From Candidatus Collierbacteria bacterium (GTDB lineage: Bacteria > Patescibacteriota > Microgenomatia > UBA1400 > JACPES01), in contig JACRNH010000003.1 of assembly GCA_016219325.1 (NCBI GenBank), positions 45,123 through 109,122 on the forward strand: a stretch of 64,000 bases of DNA, in the 5' to 3' direction. The notes under the pieces were generated by a model, which saw only the letters and a program-made list of their open reading frames with translations, was not told the origin of the DNA and ran no database searches. The position numbers were made by a program, and so were the translations under genes. Positions 19,291 through 31,337 of the stretch are shown in pieces; the stretch's first letter is position 1, and each line of letters starts with the position of its first letter.

Positions 19291-19767
19291 ATGTCATTAC
19301 AAACGACAGTTTGCAACACCATCGTAAGTATCGGAGATAACGTTACGGTTGGCCAAAAAATTAAAGAAGGCGAAAAAGACAGAGTTCAGAATTTTTCCGG
19401 AATTGTAATTGCTATAAAAGGCAATCAGGGAGAAAAGACTTTTACGGTCCGTAGGATCGCGGCGGGGGCGATTGGCGTTGAAAAGATTTTTCCGGTTGAC
19501 ATGCCCAGTTTGGTTTCGGTTAAAATTGTTAGACAAGCCGCCGTCAGAAGAAGCAAGTTGTACTTTTTGAGGGAAAGAATCGGTAAGGGGGCCGGGCAAT
19601 TACCGGAAAGGAAAGCTAAACAAAAACCCGCGCTAAAAACGAAGCAGCCGCCCGAAGAAAAAAAAGCGAAGACTGTAAAAAAGGTAGATGAAAACAAACA
19701 AAAACCAGTTAAAAGTTCTGGGAAGCCTCGGGGAAGAGGACGCCAGAAAGTATCTTCAAAAAAATAA
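19291..19767 (+). CDS. rplS: 50S ribosomal protein L19 with basic C-terminal tail
   Basis: IKEGEKDRVQNFSGIVI, TFTVRRI..GVEKIFP, VRRSKLYFLR. Confidence 0.95.
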   Translation: MSLQTTVCNTIVSIGDNVTVGQKIKEGEKDRVQNFSGIVIAIKGNQGEKTFTVRRIAAGAIGVEKIFPVDMPSLVSVKIVRQAAVRRSKLYFLRERIGKGAGQLPERKAKQKPALKTKQPPEEKKAKTVKKVDENKQKPVKSSGKPRGRGRQKVSSKK

Positions 19768-20080
19768 AGGGTTTAGATTTATAGGCCGGAATTTCCGGAC
19801 TAAATGGGGAGAATTGGATTTAATTATGCGGGAAGGCAAAACCGTGGTGTTCGTGGAGGTTAAGGCTAGAGCAACTCCATCAATGGGGTCGCCTTTGGAA
19901 TATATTGATCCTGGTAAAATCCGCCATTTGAAAAAAGCGATTGATTTTTATTTAATTTCTAAAGGCTGGGAAGACAAATTATGCCGTTTGGATGCGGTCG
20001 GGATTGAGTACGAAATTATCGCCGAGGACGAATATATCTTAGGAAATATAGAATACGTTCAGGATTTAACGGGATGGTAA
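19688..20080 (+). CDS. yraN: YraN family (UPF0102) endonuclease-fold protein
   Basis: G..GEE.A..YL, RNFRTKWGELDLI, VFVEVKAR, RLDAV.I. Confidence 0.9.
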   Translation: MKTNKNQLKVLGSLGEEDARKYLQKNKGFRFIGRNFRTKWGELDLIMREGKTVVFVEVKARATPSMGSPLEYIDPGKIRHLKKAIDFYLISKGWEDKLCRLDAVGIEYEIIAEDEYILGNIEYVQDLTGW

Positions 20081-20081
20081 A

Positions 20082-20651
20082 TTAGTTATTAGTTGTTGGT
20101 GATTGGTTATTAGTGGGGGGAATAGAAATTTGACTGCTAAGGTCAATTTTTAATTTTGAAACCGTGCCGGCGGGGAGTTCTAAAACGTAGTTAACGGAAG
20201 AGGGGGAATTGTATAAAGGCAATTTGTCGTCGGTGGCGTTAGTAGGAGGGATAGGCACATTTTTATCAATTCCCGTTATTTTATTGCCGGAAATCCAGAT
20301 GATATCCAAAGGGAACATCATATCTTTCATCCAAAAAGCGGTTTGACGGGGAGGATTAATCTCAAATAACATTCCGTCTGAACCGATTTCATTTCTGTCA
20401 GAAAGCCCCTTTTGGGCTTTTTCGGGAGTTGAGGCAATTTCAACGTTTAATTCAGTATTGCCGACTTTGATTAAGCCGAATTCTGGTTGAAAAGCTGTTT
20501 CGGTTGGAGTAGGGGAAATCGTAACAGGAAAAGCGATGGCTGCAGGAGAAGAATTTAGCGTTTGCTTTTGAATATTTTGTATGGCTTTGGTTGCAAATAA
20601 ACCAGCGATAATCAGAATTAGTGAGAATAGAACCAAGCGCGTTTTATGCAT
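20082..20651 (-). CDS. DUF192 domain-containing protein
   Basis: VEIA.TP....GLS.R...GMLF...FWMKDM.FPLDIIWI...YVLELPAG. Confidence 0.9.
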   Translation of the reverse strand: MHKTRLVLFSLILIIAGLFATKAIQNIQKQTLNSSPAAIAFPVTISPTPTETAFQPEFGLIKVGNTELNVEIASTPEKAQKGLSDRNEIGSDGMLFEINPPRQTAFWMKDMMFPLDIIWISGNKITGIDKNVPIPPTNATDDKLPLYNSPSSVNYVLELPAGTVSKLKIDLSSQISIPPTNNQSPTTNN

Positions 20652-20666
20652 AATTTATTCTACAAC

Positions 20667-21281
20667 TTATTTGAGCAACATTTTTATCAGCGTTTTGACA
20701 CTTGAAGCCGGATTTGTTTTGGAAAATTTAAAAATATTCCATTTCAGATATGCAGCTATCGCTAAATTGTCGTCTCTGTCATCAACAAACAGAATTTGTT
20801 GAGGTTGAAGTTTTGTGGTTTCCAAAACCTGCTCATATGCTTCTAAATCCGGTTTTTGCAAACCTGTGTCGCAGGAAATAAACAAAAAATCATATGCTAT
20901 GTCAGGAATTAATTTCCGTTTCTTTAGAACCGGAATCATATTTTTATAAATATTTGAGAGTAAGCCGATTTGATAGCCAGACTTTAATTTATTTATCAGA
21001 TCAAATGTTGGTTTGAAACTTGAATAATCTCTGATCCAGCTGTCTGTAAAATCGTAATTTGGATCAGCATTGATGTTGTTATCTTTCAAGCATTTTAGAT
21101 ATAGTTCTTGAGGGGCAATCTTGCCTGACGTGATTTCTTTGTCGTACTTATCAAAAGTGTTGCCAATCAATTCATACGGGATATTTTGTTCGATTGACGC
21201 GTTTCTGAAAGCCCGCTCGTAATCAATCAGCCCCCCGCCGATGTCAAAAAGAATAAGCTTGACAGTTGGATTTTGCACCAT
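20667..21281 (-). CDS. HAD-superfamily hydrolase
   Basis: ILFDIGG, GLLSN, G.QKPD, LFVDD...N motifs. Confidence 0.9.
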   Translation of the reverse strand: MVQNPTVKLILFDIGGGLIDYERAFRNASIEQNIPYELIGNTFDKYDKEITSGKIAPQELYLKCLKDNNINADPNYDFTDSWIRDYSSFKPTFDLINKLKSGYQIGLLSNIYKNMIPVLKKRKLIPDIAYDFLFISCDTGLQKPDLEAYEQVLETTKLQPQQILFVDDRDDNLAIAAYLKWNIFKFSKTNPASSVKTLIKMLLK

Positions 21282-21353
21282 ATAAGCATTTTACAATAAC
21301 ATATAAGAGCCAAAAAGATTTTTTGCGGGAAACTTGGTAAAATATATTGTTTC

Positions 21354-21425
21354 GGGTCCATAGCTCAGCGGCAGAGCAGTAGCCTTTTAAGCTATGTGTC
21401 GTGGGTTCGATCCCCACTGGACCCA
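21354..21425 (+). tRNA. tRNA-Lys(UUU)
   Basis: GGGTCCATAGCTCAGCGGCAGAGCA GTAGC CTTTTAA GCTAT GTGTCGTGGGTTCGATCCCCACTGGACCCA. Confidence 0.95.
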
Positions 21426-21432
21426 CTAAAAT

Positions 21433-21507
21433 GGCCCTATCATCTAACGGTTAGGATATCAGGTTTTCATCCTGAAAATCGGGGTTCGATTCCCCGTGGG
21501 GTCACCA
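21433..21507 (+). tRNA. tRNA-Glu(UUC), CCA encoded
   Basis: GGCCCTATCATCTAACGGTTAGGATA TCAGG TTTTCAT CCTGA AAATCGGGGTTCGATTCCCCGTGGGGTCACCA. Confidence 0.95.
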
Positions 21508-21543
21508 TTTTTGTTTGCCAAAATATGACAAACTATAAATATT

Positions 21544-23298
21544 ATGTTTTTAAGAATTCTTGCTCTTGCCAAGCCATACCAGGGCCAATTGGCGGCCATA
21601 TCAACTTTAATTTTGTTGATATCAGCCTTCAATCAGGTCGAACCGCAGATAACCAAGCGGATTACCGACTTGGCGGTTGGCGGTGGTCTTAATTCCCAAC
21701 TCCGTATAGTTTATATCCTCTTAGGAATTTTATTAGGAGTTAAATTTTTGCTGACTATCTTTAATAGGGCGTCATGGTATATGGCCAATCTTTTCAGCGA
21801 AAGATTTAAAGCTTATTTAAGGCAAAAGGGATTTGAGAATTTGCTTTCGCTTTCAATAGAATATTTCGATAAGCAGGTTTCCGGTAAATTGATGAGCCAG
21901 CTGGACCGGGGAGTCGCCAGAATTACCAGCATTATTAATAATTCGGGAATGGTTTTTTTCCCAAGTTTGTTAACAGCCGTAATATCTATTGTAATCGTCA
22001 TGAAGGTTAGCCCGATGCTGGGAATTGCCGCGGTGGCTTCATTTATTCCCTGTTCATTGGTTAATTATTGGAGATTCCGTAAAAACGAAAATCTGGAAAA
22101 ATCAGAATATGAGTTGAACGATAACCAATATGGGCATTTTTGGGAAACTATCAGCGCCATTCAGCTCATAAAATCATTTATTTCCGAGCAGTTTGAATTC
22201 CGGCGCTTAAAACAGTTTGACCGTCAGATCTATTCATTGCGCCGTCAAATGGAAAGAAATACCAATATCGCATTGGTCGGGGATTTATTCAACGAATTTT
22301 GGGGTTGGGGAATGTACGCTTATATAATTTGGATTGCTTTTACCGGTTCGATCACTATCGGAACCATGATTTTGCTGATTCAATATCTGCAAATGATCCG
22401 TCAGCCTCTATGGAATCTTAACTGGTTGTTTTGGGAAGCAAAAAGGGCTCAAATCGGTTCAAAAGAATTTTTGGAAATTTTAGAAGAAAAACCGGAGATA
22501 ATTGATTCGCCTAAGGTAGTTGATCCGGAGCAGATAAGGGGCAGAATTACTTTTGAAAAAGTTTCCTTTACTTACGATTCGGGGGCGAAAGTTTTTGATA
22601 ATTTAAGTTTCATAATTAAACCCGGAACCTCTCTGGCGGTAGTCGGCCCGTCCGGAGCCGGTAAATTGACTTTGGCATCGTTGATTCTTAGATTCTATGA
22701 TCCGCAAAAAGGCAGGATTATGGTTGACGGAATTGACATCAGGAATTTACCGCAAAGACGATTAAGAAAAGAAATCGGTTTCGTGATGCAGGATTCATTT
22801 TTATTTGCCGATACCGTCGAAGAAAATTTACGGTATGGGAAAGCCGACGCTTCTTTAAAGGAAATGGAGCAGGCTTGCCGGATTGCCAACGCCCATGATT
22901 TTATTATTAAGTTAAAGCAGGGTTATAAGACCGTGATAGGGGAACGCGGGGTCTTACTTTCAGGCGGACAAAAGCAGCGGTTATCTTTAGCCCGGACGAT
23001 TCTTAAAAATCCACCGATAATTATATTAGATGAAGCGACCAGTTCCCTGGATTCACAATCCGAACTGTATATCCAGCAGGCTTTGGAGCATTTTCTAAAA
23101 GGCCGGACGTCGCTGGTTATTGCCCACCGTCTGTCTACAGTCCAACATGCCGACTATATAATTGTGATTAAAGACAGAATGATTTTAGAGCAGGGATCTC
23201 ATTTTGAATTGCTAAAAGCTAAAGGTTTATATGCCAGCCTGTTTAAAATCCAGGCCGGAGACGTCGACAAGCTCAGGGAATGGGATTTGGTGGGGTAA
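21544..23298 (+). CDS. ABC exporter, fused permease/ATPase (MsbA/MdlB-like)
   Basis: Six-TM domain plus NBD: GPSGAGKLT (degenerate Walker A), LSGGQKQR, ILDEATSSLD, IAHRLST. Confidence 0.92.
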   Translation: MFLRILALAKPYQGQLAAISTLILLISAFNQVEPQITKRITDLAVGGGLNSQLRIVYILLGILLGVKFLLTIFNRASWYMANLFSERFKAYLRQKGFENLLSLSIEYFDKQVSGKLMSQLDRGVARITSIINNSGMVFFPSLLTAVISIVIVMKVSPMLGIAAVASFIPCSLVNYWRFRKNENLEKSEYELNDNQYGHFWETISAIQLIKSFISEQFEFRRLKQFDRQIYSLRRQMERNTNIALVGDLFNEFWGWGMYAYIIWIAFTGSITIGTMILLIQYLQMIRQPLWNLNWLFWEAKRAQIGSKEFLEILEEKPEIIDSPKVVDPEQIRGRITFEKVSFTYDSGAKVFDNLSFIIKPGTSLAVVGPSGAGKLTLASLILRFYDPQKGRIMVDGIDIRNLPQRRLRKEIGFVMQDSFLFADTVEENLRYGKADASLKEMEQACRIANAHDFIIKLKQGYKTVIGERGVLLSGGQKQRLSLARTILKNPPIIILDEATSSLDSQSELYIQQALEHFLKGRTSLVIAHRLSTVQHADYIIVIKDRMILEQGSHFELLKAKGLYASLFKIQAGDVDKLREWDLVG

Positions 23299-23299
23299 A

Positions 23300-23689
23300 C
23301 TACTCCACCACCAGCGTTCCCTTCATGTACGGATGCGGGGAACAATGGAAACCATAGCTTCCCGGTTTAGACGGCGCTGTGATTGTTCCCGATTGATCTT
23401 TTCCCAATAAGCCGCTTTCAAAAGATGTTCCGTCGTCAGCAGTCATTGTATGGCCGACTGAATCGCGGTTTACGACTTTAATTGTTTGGCCGGATTTGAC
23501 GGTTAGAGTTGCCGGGGAAAATTTAAATCCGGAAATCTCAACTTCTGCCGATTCCGAAATTTTATCGCCGGCTTTGACTGGTTTAGCTGATTCCTGCGGT
23601 TGAACCGGAGTTATCACCGTAGGTTTCGGATTGTGATAACAAGCCGATAACAATAATCCCGATGCTAAGATAAATAATAGTTTTTTTAT
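23300..23689 (-). CDS. Cupredoxin/plastocyanin-like lipoprotein (apparent ATA start)
   Basis: F.FSPATLTV..G, N.D...HT, FHCSPHPYMKG copper-ligand motif. The frame extends to ATA-KKLLFILASGLLLSAC (lipobox) immediately after the upstream stop. Confidence 0.85.
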   Translation of the reverse strand: MKKLLFILASGLLLSACYHNPKPTVITPVQPQESAKPVKAGDKISESAEVEISGFKFSPATLTVKSGQTIKVVNRDSVGHTMTADDGTSFESGLLGKDQSGTITAPSKPGSYGFHCSPHPYMKGTLVVE

Positions 23690-24397
23690 TTAATTCACCC
23701 CCTCTCCGCTAATTAATTCGATGGTTTTTATTGAAACAGGATTAATCGGTCTTGAGACTTCTCCTCCCGGAACAGTCGGAGCTTCCGCAATTTTATCTAC
23801 GGTTTCCATCCCGGCCACAACTTTCCCAAAAATCACATAGTTTTTCGGCAAAGGATTGTCTTGATGCATTATAAAAAATTGGCTGCCATTGGTGTTTGGG
23901 CCGGCGTTGGCCATAGCTACTATTCCGCGAGTATATTCCCCTTCAAACGGCTCATCGGCGAAACTATATCCCGGTCCTCCCGTGCCATCGCCCTTGGGAT
24001 CTCCGCCTTGGATCATAAAACTTTTGATCACCCGGTGAAAAATCGTCCCGTTATAAAAATTATTTTGGGCTAGTTTGATAAAGTTAGAAATGGTATTCGG
24101 AGTAGTGCCGGTATTAAATTTAATAGTTATGTCTCCTTCGGTGGTATGCAAGATTGCTGCGGTTGATTGGGATGAAAGCGAAATGGTCGGAACAGCCGTC
24201 GTTGGAATAGGGCTTATTTCCGGTTCAGGACCCGTAGTGGTTGATTGGCCTAAAGTCGTTCCCAGGATATTAGGAGAGGTGAGCTTATCTGTCGGTTGGT
24301 CGGTCATAGTCGCAATTTTTTCTTCCGGGTTACTAAACTTCATAAAGACTGTAACTGTTATGGCGAACAAAATCAAGAAGAAAATTAGCTTATTCAT
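23690..24397 (-). CDS. Cyclophilin-type peptidyl-prolyl isomerase with N-terminal anchor
   Basis: [45 protein letters not shown]. Confidence 0.95.
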   Translation of the reverse strand: MNKLIFFLILFAITVTVFMKFSNPEEKIATMTDQPTDKLTSPNILGTTLGQSTTTGPEPEISPIPTTAVPTISLSSQSTAAILHTTEGDITIKFNTGTTPNTISNFIKLAQNNFYNGTIFHRVIKSFMIQGGDPKGDGTGGPGYSFADEPFEGEYTRGIVAMANAGPNTNGSQFFIMHQDNPLPKNYVIFGKVVAGMETVDKIAEAPTVPGGEVSRPINPVSIKTIELISGEGVN

Positions 24398-25013
24398 GAT
24401 TATTATTTTTTTGTTTCTCTTGGACGAAATGAATTATTGCCGGCAAAACAGATAAAAGAATTATGATTCCGATGATCGGCAAAAGATATTTATCAACGTC
24501 GGGAATAACCGTTCCTAAGTAATATCCCAAAAGTGTCATTCCGAACGACCACAAAAGCCCGCCGAAGACGTTGTATGTGATAAAAGATCCATAATGCATA
24601 TCCGCCATTCCTGCGATAATTGGAGCAAAAGTCCTTATCGCCGGAATAAATCTGGCTAGAATCAGGGTTTTTCCGCCGTGTTTATCATAAAATCGTTTGG
24701 CTGATTCCATGTGTTTTTTTTGGAAAAAAAATGACTCTTTTTGTTTCATTAACCAGTCCCCGAATTTTTTTCCGGTCCAGAATCCGACGCTATCTCCGCC
24801 GATTGCCCCAAGCGTTATCAAGGGAAGTAAAACCCAAATGTTAAAAATCTTTTGTGACGCCAATAGGCCGGCTGTAAACAATAAACTGTCTCCGGGAAGA
24901 AAGAATCCGAAAAATAAGCCGGATTCGGCAAATGTCATTCCAAAAATTCCCAAGTAACCAATTGATTCAATCAGACTCTGTAAGTCGCCTCCGAGAACCA
25001 TAGGGGAAATCAT
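24390..25013 (-). CDS. dedA: DedA/VTT family membrane protein
   Basis: [35 protein letters not shown]. Confidence 0.93.
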   Translation of the reverse strand: MISPMVLGGDLQSLIESIGYLGIFGMTFAESGLFFGFFLPGDSLLFTAGLLASQKIFNIWVLLPLITLGAIGGDSVGFWTGKKFGDWLMKQKESFFFQKKHMESAKRFYDKHGGKTLILARFIPAIRTFAPIIAGMADMHYGSFITYNVFGGLLWSFGMTLLGYYLGTVIPDVDKYLLPIIGIIILLSVLPAIIHFVQEKQKNNNHE

Positions 25014-25073
25014 AACTGTCAATCCAAAGTTTGGCAATCACCAGTTTTATGATGTATAATATGAGTTGTAATT

Positions 25074-25460
25074 ATGCCAAGTAATCCCAAAACCTTGGTG
25101 GCGACGACTTCAGATCCGCGCTGCCAGGAGCTTTTTTTTGATTGGCTGTCAAAGCAAAAACTCTTATCGAGTCACGTCCGGATTGCGGTGTCAGGATGCG
25201 TTAAAGACCGGGAAGCAATCATGAAAAGTATCCGCCAGGCCAAGAAAAGTTATGGAATTCAACAGGTAATTTTAATTAATGCTTTAGGGGATAAGGCTTA
25301 TTCGGAACGTAAATTTGCTAATCAGGACCTAGAAAAAGATGCTCACCGGAATGATTTGAAAAATACGGCTGCTGCCATCAAGGCCGAATCTCCCAATATC
25401 CAGGTTGAATTATTTCTGATTGATAAAAAGCATAAATTTGAAGCAATACCTCTTCAATAA
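25074..25460 (+). CDS. Degenerate carbonic-anhydrase-like small protein, first gene of the atp operon
   Basis: Spacing resembles C-x-D-x-R...G...VILINH-x2-C-GAY, but it reads SDPR...VILINALGDKAY. Stop is 1 nt before the atpB ATG. Confidence 0.5.
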   Translation: MPSNPKTLVATTSDPRCQELFFDWLSKQKLLSSHVRIAVSGCVKDREAIMKSIRQAKKSYGIQQVILINALGDKAYSERKFANQDLEKDAHRNDLKNTAAAIKAESPNIQVELFLIDKKHKFEAIPLQ

Positions 25461-25461
25461 T

Positions 25462-26202
25462 ATGTCTTCTGCCTTACACATATCAATTGCCGCCGAACCG
25501 TTATTTAATCTTGGCCCTTTGGCGGCAACTAATTCCCTGCTTACAAGTTGGTTAGTGGTTTTAAGTTTAAGCTTATTGGCAATTTACGTTGGTAAGAATT
25601 TAAGAAAGATTCCCTCTTATCTTCAGATATTAATAGAAATTCCGGTTTCGGGAATTTATGATTTGGCCAATAATATAACCGGAACCAGAGCTAAAGTCTT
25701 TTTTCCGTTCGTCTTCACCGCGTTTATTTATATTATTTTTTCTAATTGGGCAGGTTTAATTCCCGGAGTCGGGACAATATTCCTAAAAATCGGCGAACAT
25801 GGGGTGGAAAAAGCCCCGCTTTTACGGGCTCCGACCGCCGACATCAACACTACTTTGGCTTTAGCTCTTTTGAGCGTTGGCTTGGTCCAATATTACGGTT
25901 TAAAAACCCTTAAAATGGAATACGTTAAAAAGTTTTTTAATTTTAAAAATCCGATTCTGACATTTGTCGGGATTCTGGAACTGGTCAGCGAGATCTCTAA
26001 AATAATCAGTTTTGCTTTCCGGCTTTTCGGCAACATATTTGCCGGAGAAGTATTGCTGGTGGTAACATCATTTTTAGTCCCATTTTTGGTACCCGCGCCT
26101 TTTTACGGATTGGAACTGTTTGTCGGATTTATTCAAGCCCTAGTGTTTAGTATGTTAACATTAGTATTCTTGAACTTAGCAACAACTCATGCGGAACATT
26201 AA
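25462..26202 (+). CDS. atpB: ATP synthase F0 subunit a
   Basis: NW.GLIPG, RAPTADINTT, SFAFRLFGNIFAGE, GFIQALVF..LT. Confidence 0.96.
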   Translation: MSSALHISIAAEPLFNLGPLAATNSLLTSWLVVLSLSLLAIYVGKNLRKIPSYLQILIEIPVSGIYDLANNITGTRAKVFFPFVFTAFIYIIFSNWAGLIPGVGTIFLKIGEHGVEKAPLLRAPTADINTTLALALLSVGLVQYYGLKTLKMEYVKKFFNFKNPILTFVGILELVSEISKIISFAFRLFGNIFAGEVLLVVTSFLVPFLVPAPFYGLELFVGFIQALVFSMLTLVFLNLATTHAEH

Positions 26203-26442
<240 letters not shown>

Positions 26443-26448
26443 TAAATT

Positions 26449-26952
26449 ATGGAAAAATTGGGTATTAACGCATTCCAGCTTTTAGCCCAGGGGGTAAACT
26501 TTTTAATTTTGATGTTTGTCCTGAAAAAATTTCTCTTAAAGCCGCTATTGGCTTTATTGGAGAAGAGGAAGGCATCGATTAGTGAGCAAATTAAAGCGGA
26601 GGAGGATTTGTCCAAGAGAATTAAAGATACAGAGCGTAAAGATCAAGCGGTGCTGAAACAGGCTAAGCTTAAAGCCGATGAGATTATTAAACAGGCTCAA
26701 GTTTTAGCCAGAAAAGAAGCTGTGGAAATTTTAGCCGCAACTCGGCAGGAATCAAAAAAGATCTTAGCCCGTGCGGATATGGACGCTAAATTGGAATTTA
26801 GGAAAAGCCAAGCGCGTTTACAAACCATGGTAATTAAAGAAGCAGCGGTATTAGCAAATCGAGCTCTGGCAGAGGTGTTATCTAAAGAAGATCAGAAGAA
26901 AATTACTGAAGTCCAAATAGCCAAATTGGTTAAAGGCGAAGAATATGTCTGA
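26449..26952 (+). CDS. atpF: ATP synthase F0 subunit b
   Basis: LGIN..QLLAQ.VNFLIL..VL.KFL.KP....LE.R...I, then coiled coil. Confidence 0.93.
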   Translation: MEKLGINAFQLLAQGVNFLILMFVLKKFLLKPLLALLEKRKASISEQIKAEEDLSKRIKDTERKDQAVLKQAKLKADEIIKQAQVLARKEAVEILAATRQESKKILARADMDAKLEFRKSQARLQTMVIKEAAVLANRALAEVLSKEDQKKITEVQIAKLVKGEEYV

Positions 26953-28576
26953 CGCATTGATCCGCTCTAGGATAAAGATTAATCCTAAAGAGCTTTCTGA
27001 AATTAAGAAACATCTGGGGGTGAAGTCTATTAAAAACCGGATTGATGGTTCAATTCCTGGTGGTTTTTTGGCCGAAGTAGGGGATAAGATTTACGATTTT
27101 ACTGTACATATAGATCAATCCGTCAACCCCCAGAAAGCATATAGTGTCGGTAAAATTGTTTTGATCGGCGACGGAGTGGCCGAAGCAGATGGCTTATCGG
27201 AGGCAATGCTTGGCGAAATCGTCGAGATTGAGAATAAAGGCCGAGGATTGGTGCTTAATTTGTCTCCCAAGAGTTTGGGGATCGTGATTTTAGGTGATTA
27301 TTCTCAAATCAAACCTGGAGACTCGGTTAAAACTACCGGCAGAATTTTGTCGGTGCCGGTCGGTAAAGAAGTTTTAAGCAGGGTGATTGATCCTTTGGGC
27401 CAGCCTCTTGACGGCAAAGAAGATTTCAGGCCCGAAAAATATAATCCATTAGAAATAATTGCTCCGGGAGTTATGGCCAGACAGTCGGTATCGGTTCCTT
27501 TGCAAACAGGCATAAAAGCTATTGACGGGATGATCCCGATCGGCAGGGGTCAAAGAGAACTGATTATCGGTGATCGCCAGACCGGGAAAAGTTCAATCGC
27601 TTTATCCACGATTATAAATCAGAAACATGAGAACATGATTTGCGTCTATGTGGCCATAGGTCAAAAACGCTCCAACATCGCCCAATTTATTGCTATTTTG
27701 GAAAAATTTGGAGCGATGTCTCATACCGTAGTCGTGGCAGCTTCGGCTTCCGATTCTCCGGCAATGCAATATTTGGCCCCATATGCCGGCTGCGCCATCG
27801 GCGAATATTTTTTGCAAAAAGGCAAAGACGCTTTAGTGATTTATGATGATTTAAGCAAGCATTCATGGGCATACCGTCAAATTAGCTTGTTGCTTAGGCG
27901 GCCCTCCGGTCGGGAAGCTTACCCGGGAGATATTTTTTACGCTCATTCCCGGCTTTTGGAGAGATCCTGCCGCTTAAATCAAAAATCCGGAGGCGGATCA
28001 TTAACTGCTTTGCCGATTATTGAGACCCAGGCCGGCGATTTATCAGCATATATTCCGACCAACGTTATCAGTATTACCGACGGCCAAATTTATCTGGAAT
28101 CGGATTTGTTTAACTCGGGCCAAAAACCGGCCATAAACGTCGGCAACTCCGTCAGCCGGGTCGGCGGATCCGCCCAAATTAAGGCGATTAAACAGGTGGC
28201 CGGCAGATTAAGATTGGATTTAGCTCAGTATCGCGAGTTGCAGGCATTCGCCCAATTCGCTTCTGATTTAGACGACCGGACTAAAAAAGACTTGAACAGG
28301 GGGTCTAAATTGACCGAGTTGTTAAAGCAGGGGTGGGATGAACCGATGCCGGTGGAAAGACAAGTGGTCTCTATTTGGGCCGGAACAAACGGAATTTTGG
28401 ACGATATTGATTTATTAAAAATTAAAAATTTTGAGAATCATTTATTGGATTATGTTGACCGCCACAATCCGGAAATATTCAAGAAAATCGTATCAGATAA
28501 AGTTCTATCGCCGGAAACCGCCGAAAAATTAGCCAAAGCCGTCAGAGACGCCAAACAAGTATTCAATCCTAAATAA
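26945..28576 (+). CDS. atpA: ATP synthase F1 alpha subunit with N-terminally fused delta C-terminal domain
   Basis: [34 protein letters not shown]-terminal [22 protein letters not shown] resembles the delta/OSCP C-terminus. Confidence 0.95.
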   Translation: MSDALIRSRIKINPKELSEIKKHLGVKSIKNRIDGSIPGGFLAEVGDKIYDFTVHIDQSVNPQKAYSVGKIVLIGDGVAEADGLSEAMLGEIVEIENKGRGLVLNLSPKSLGIVILGDYSQIKPGDSVKTTGRILSVPVGKEVLSRVIDPLGQPLDGKEDFRPEKYNPLEIIAPGVMARQSVSVPLQTGIKAIDGMIPIGRGQRELIIGDRQTGKSSIALSTIINQKHENMICVYVAIGQKRSNIAQFIAILEKFGAMSHTVVVAASASDSPAMQYLAPYAGCAIGEYFLQKGKDALVIYDDLSKHSWAYRQISLLLRRPSGREAYPGDIFYAHSRLLERSCRLNQKSGGGSLTALPIIETQAGDLSAYIPTNVISITDGQIYLESDLFNSGQKPAINVGNSVSRVGGSAQIKAIKQVAGRLRLDLAQYRELQAFAQFASDLDDRTKKDLNRGSKLTELLKQGWDEPMPVERQVVSIWAGTNGILDDIDLLKIKNFENHLLDYVDRHNPEIFKKIVSDKVLSPETAEKLAKAVRDAKQVFNPK

Positions 28577-28577
28577 T

Positions 28578-29450
28578 ATGTCAAGCACTAGAGATCTAAA
28601 ACGCAGGATAAAAACAGCCGGAAATATCAGTAAAATTACCAAAGCCATGGAATCCGTAGCGGCCAGTAAAATGAAAAAGGCTCAAGACGCGGCTTTGTCG
28701 GGAGTCTCTTATGAGAATTTAATGAAAAAAATGGTGGCGAACATAATTAGATTTTCCAGCATTATTGATCATCCGCTAATTTCCGTGAAAGACGACCGCG
28801 GTTTTCTGCCGGATTTAACCATTTTAATTTCTCCGGACCGGGGATTATGCGGATCTCTGCCGGCCATGACATTCAGATTAGCCGAAAAAGAGATTGCTGG
28901 TAATTCCAACCAAGATAAAGTGATTGTGGTTGGGAAAAAGGCCGTGGTTTACGCCAAAAGAACCAATTGGAATGTCTTGGCCAGCTTCGATTCATTAGGA
29001 GATAGGCCAACAATGTCAGATGCTTCCGCGATAAGCAGTATCGCCATAGAGGAATACGAGAAAAAACAAATCGGTAGAATCAGATTGCTGTATCCCAAAT
29101 TTATTTCAACCCTGAATCAGGAGGCGGTTATTGAAGACGTTTTGCCGGTCAAGCCGGTTTCCGAGACTTCGGATATTCGCATACTCCAACCTAAGTATAT
29201 TTTCGAACCAACGCCTCAAGATTTATTGTCGGAATTGTTGCCGGCGTATGTCAGAATTTCGATTTATCAGTCGGTGTTGTCAAGCAAAGCGGCAGAACAG
29301 TCTGCCCGGATGATCGCCATGAAAAATGCTTCGGATAATGCCCGGGAAGTTAAGGGATTGCTGCAATTGTCATATAATCAAACCCGTCAAAAAGCAATTA
29401 CGGCTGAAATAGCGGATATTGTGACGGCAAGTATGGCTGTTGTAAATTAG
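28578..29450 (+). CDS. atpG: ATP synthase F1 gamma subunit
   Basis: KITKAME.VAASKM, DRGLCG, EQSARMIAMKNASDNA, RQ..IT.EI..I. Confidence 0.97.
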   Translation: MSSTRDLKRRIKTAGNISKITKAMESVAASKMKKAQDAALSGVSYENLMKKMVANIIRFSSIIDHPLISVKDDRGFLPDLTILISPDRGLCGSLPAMTFRLAEKEIAGNSNQDKVIVVGKKAVVYAKRTNWNVLASFDSLGDRPTMSDASAISSIAIEEYEKKQIGRIRLLYPKFISTLNQEAVIEDVLPVKPVSETSDIRILQPKYIFEPTPQDLLSELLPAYVRISIYQSVLSSKAAEQSARMIAMKNASDNAREVKGLLQLSYNQTRQKAITAEIADIVTASMAVVN

Positions 29451-29485
29451 TTAAAGTTGACAGGATAAAAAGGTTAAAAGGCTAA

Positions 29486-30838
<1,353 letters not shown>

Positions 30839-30852
30839 TCTGATTATTAATT

Positions 30853-31260
30853 ATGTTACTCCATCTCTCTCTTGCTACTCCTCTTAAGAAAGTTTTAGAG
30901 ATTGACGAAGTTGAAATCGTTAATGCTCCGGCGGAAATGGGTGACGTTGGAATTTTGCCGAATCATGCTCCGTTTATGTCCAGACTTAAAGACGGGGTGA
31001 TAAATTACCGGATCGGGGGAAATAATTTTTATGTCGGAGTTAACGGAGCCTTTATGGATGTAGCCGAAAATCAGGTGACTATAATTTCTGAAGCCGCAAT
31101 TTTGCCGGAGGACGCTGATTTAAAAAGAGCTCAAGAAGCAAGGGATAGGGCGAAGGCTGAATTGGAAAAAAGACTGGAAGGAACAGATTTTAAGATGGTG
31201 GAAGCGGAGTTGAGAAAAGCGCTTTTAGAGATGAAATTATTGGAGCACGTTAAAAAATGA
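30853..31260 (+). CDS. atpC: ATP synthase F1 epsilon subunit
   Basis: TP, G.VGILPNHAP, C-terminal A..A..RA helical hairpin. Confidence 0.95.
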   Translation: MLLHLSLATPLKKVLEIDEVEIVNAPAEMGDVGILPNHAPFMSRLKDGVINYRIGGNNFYVGVNGAFMDVAENQVTIISEAAILPEDADLKRAQEARDRAKAELEKRLEGTDFKMVEAELRKALLEMKLLEHVKK

Positions 31261-31330
31261 GTAATGAGTAGAAAGTAATGAGTAATGAATAAAATAACAT
31301 TATTTTCTACTTTCTATTTTCTACTCATTA
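31256..31330. repeat. Intergenic inverted-arm heptamer repeat (AATGAGT/AGAAAGT vs ACTCATT/ACTTTCT)
   Basis: aatgagtaatgagtagaaagtaatgagtaatg ... cattattttctactttctattttctactcatta; lies between the atpC stop and the ruvC ATG. Confidence 0.85.
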
Positions 31331-31337
31331 TTTTTTT

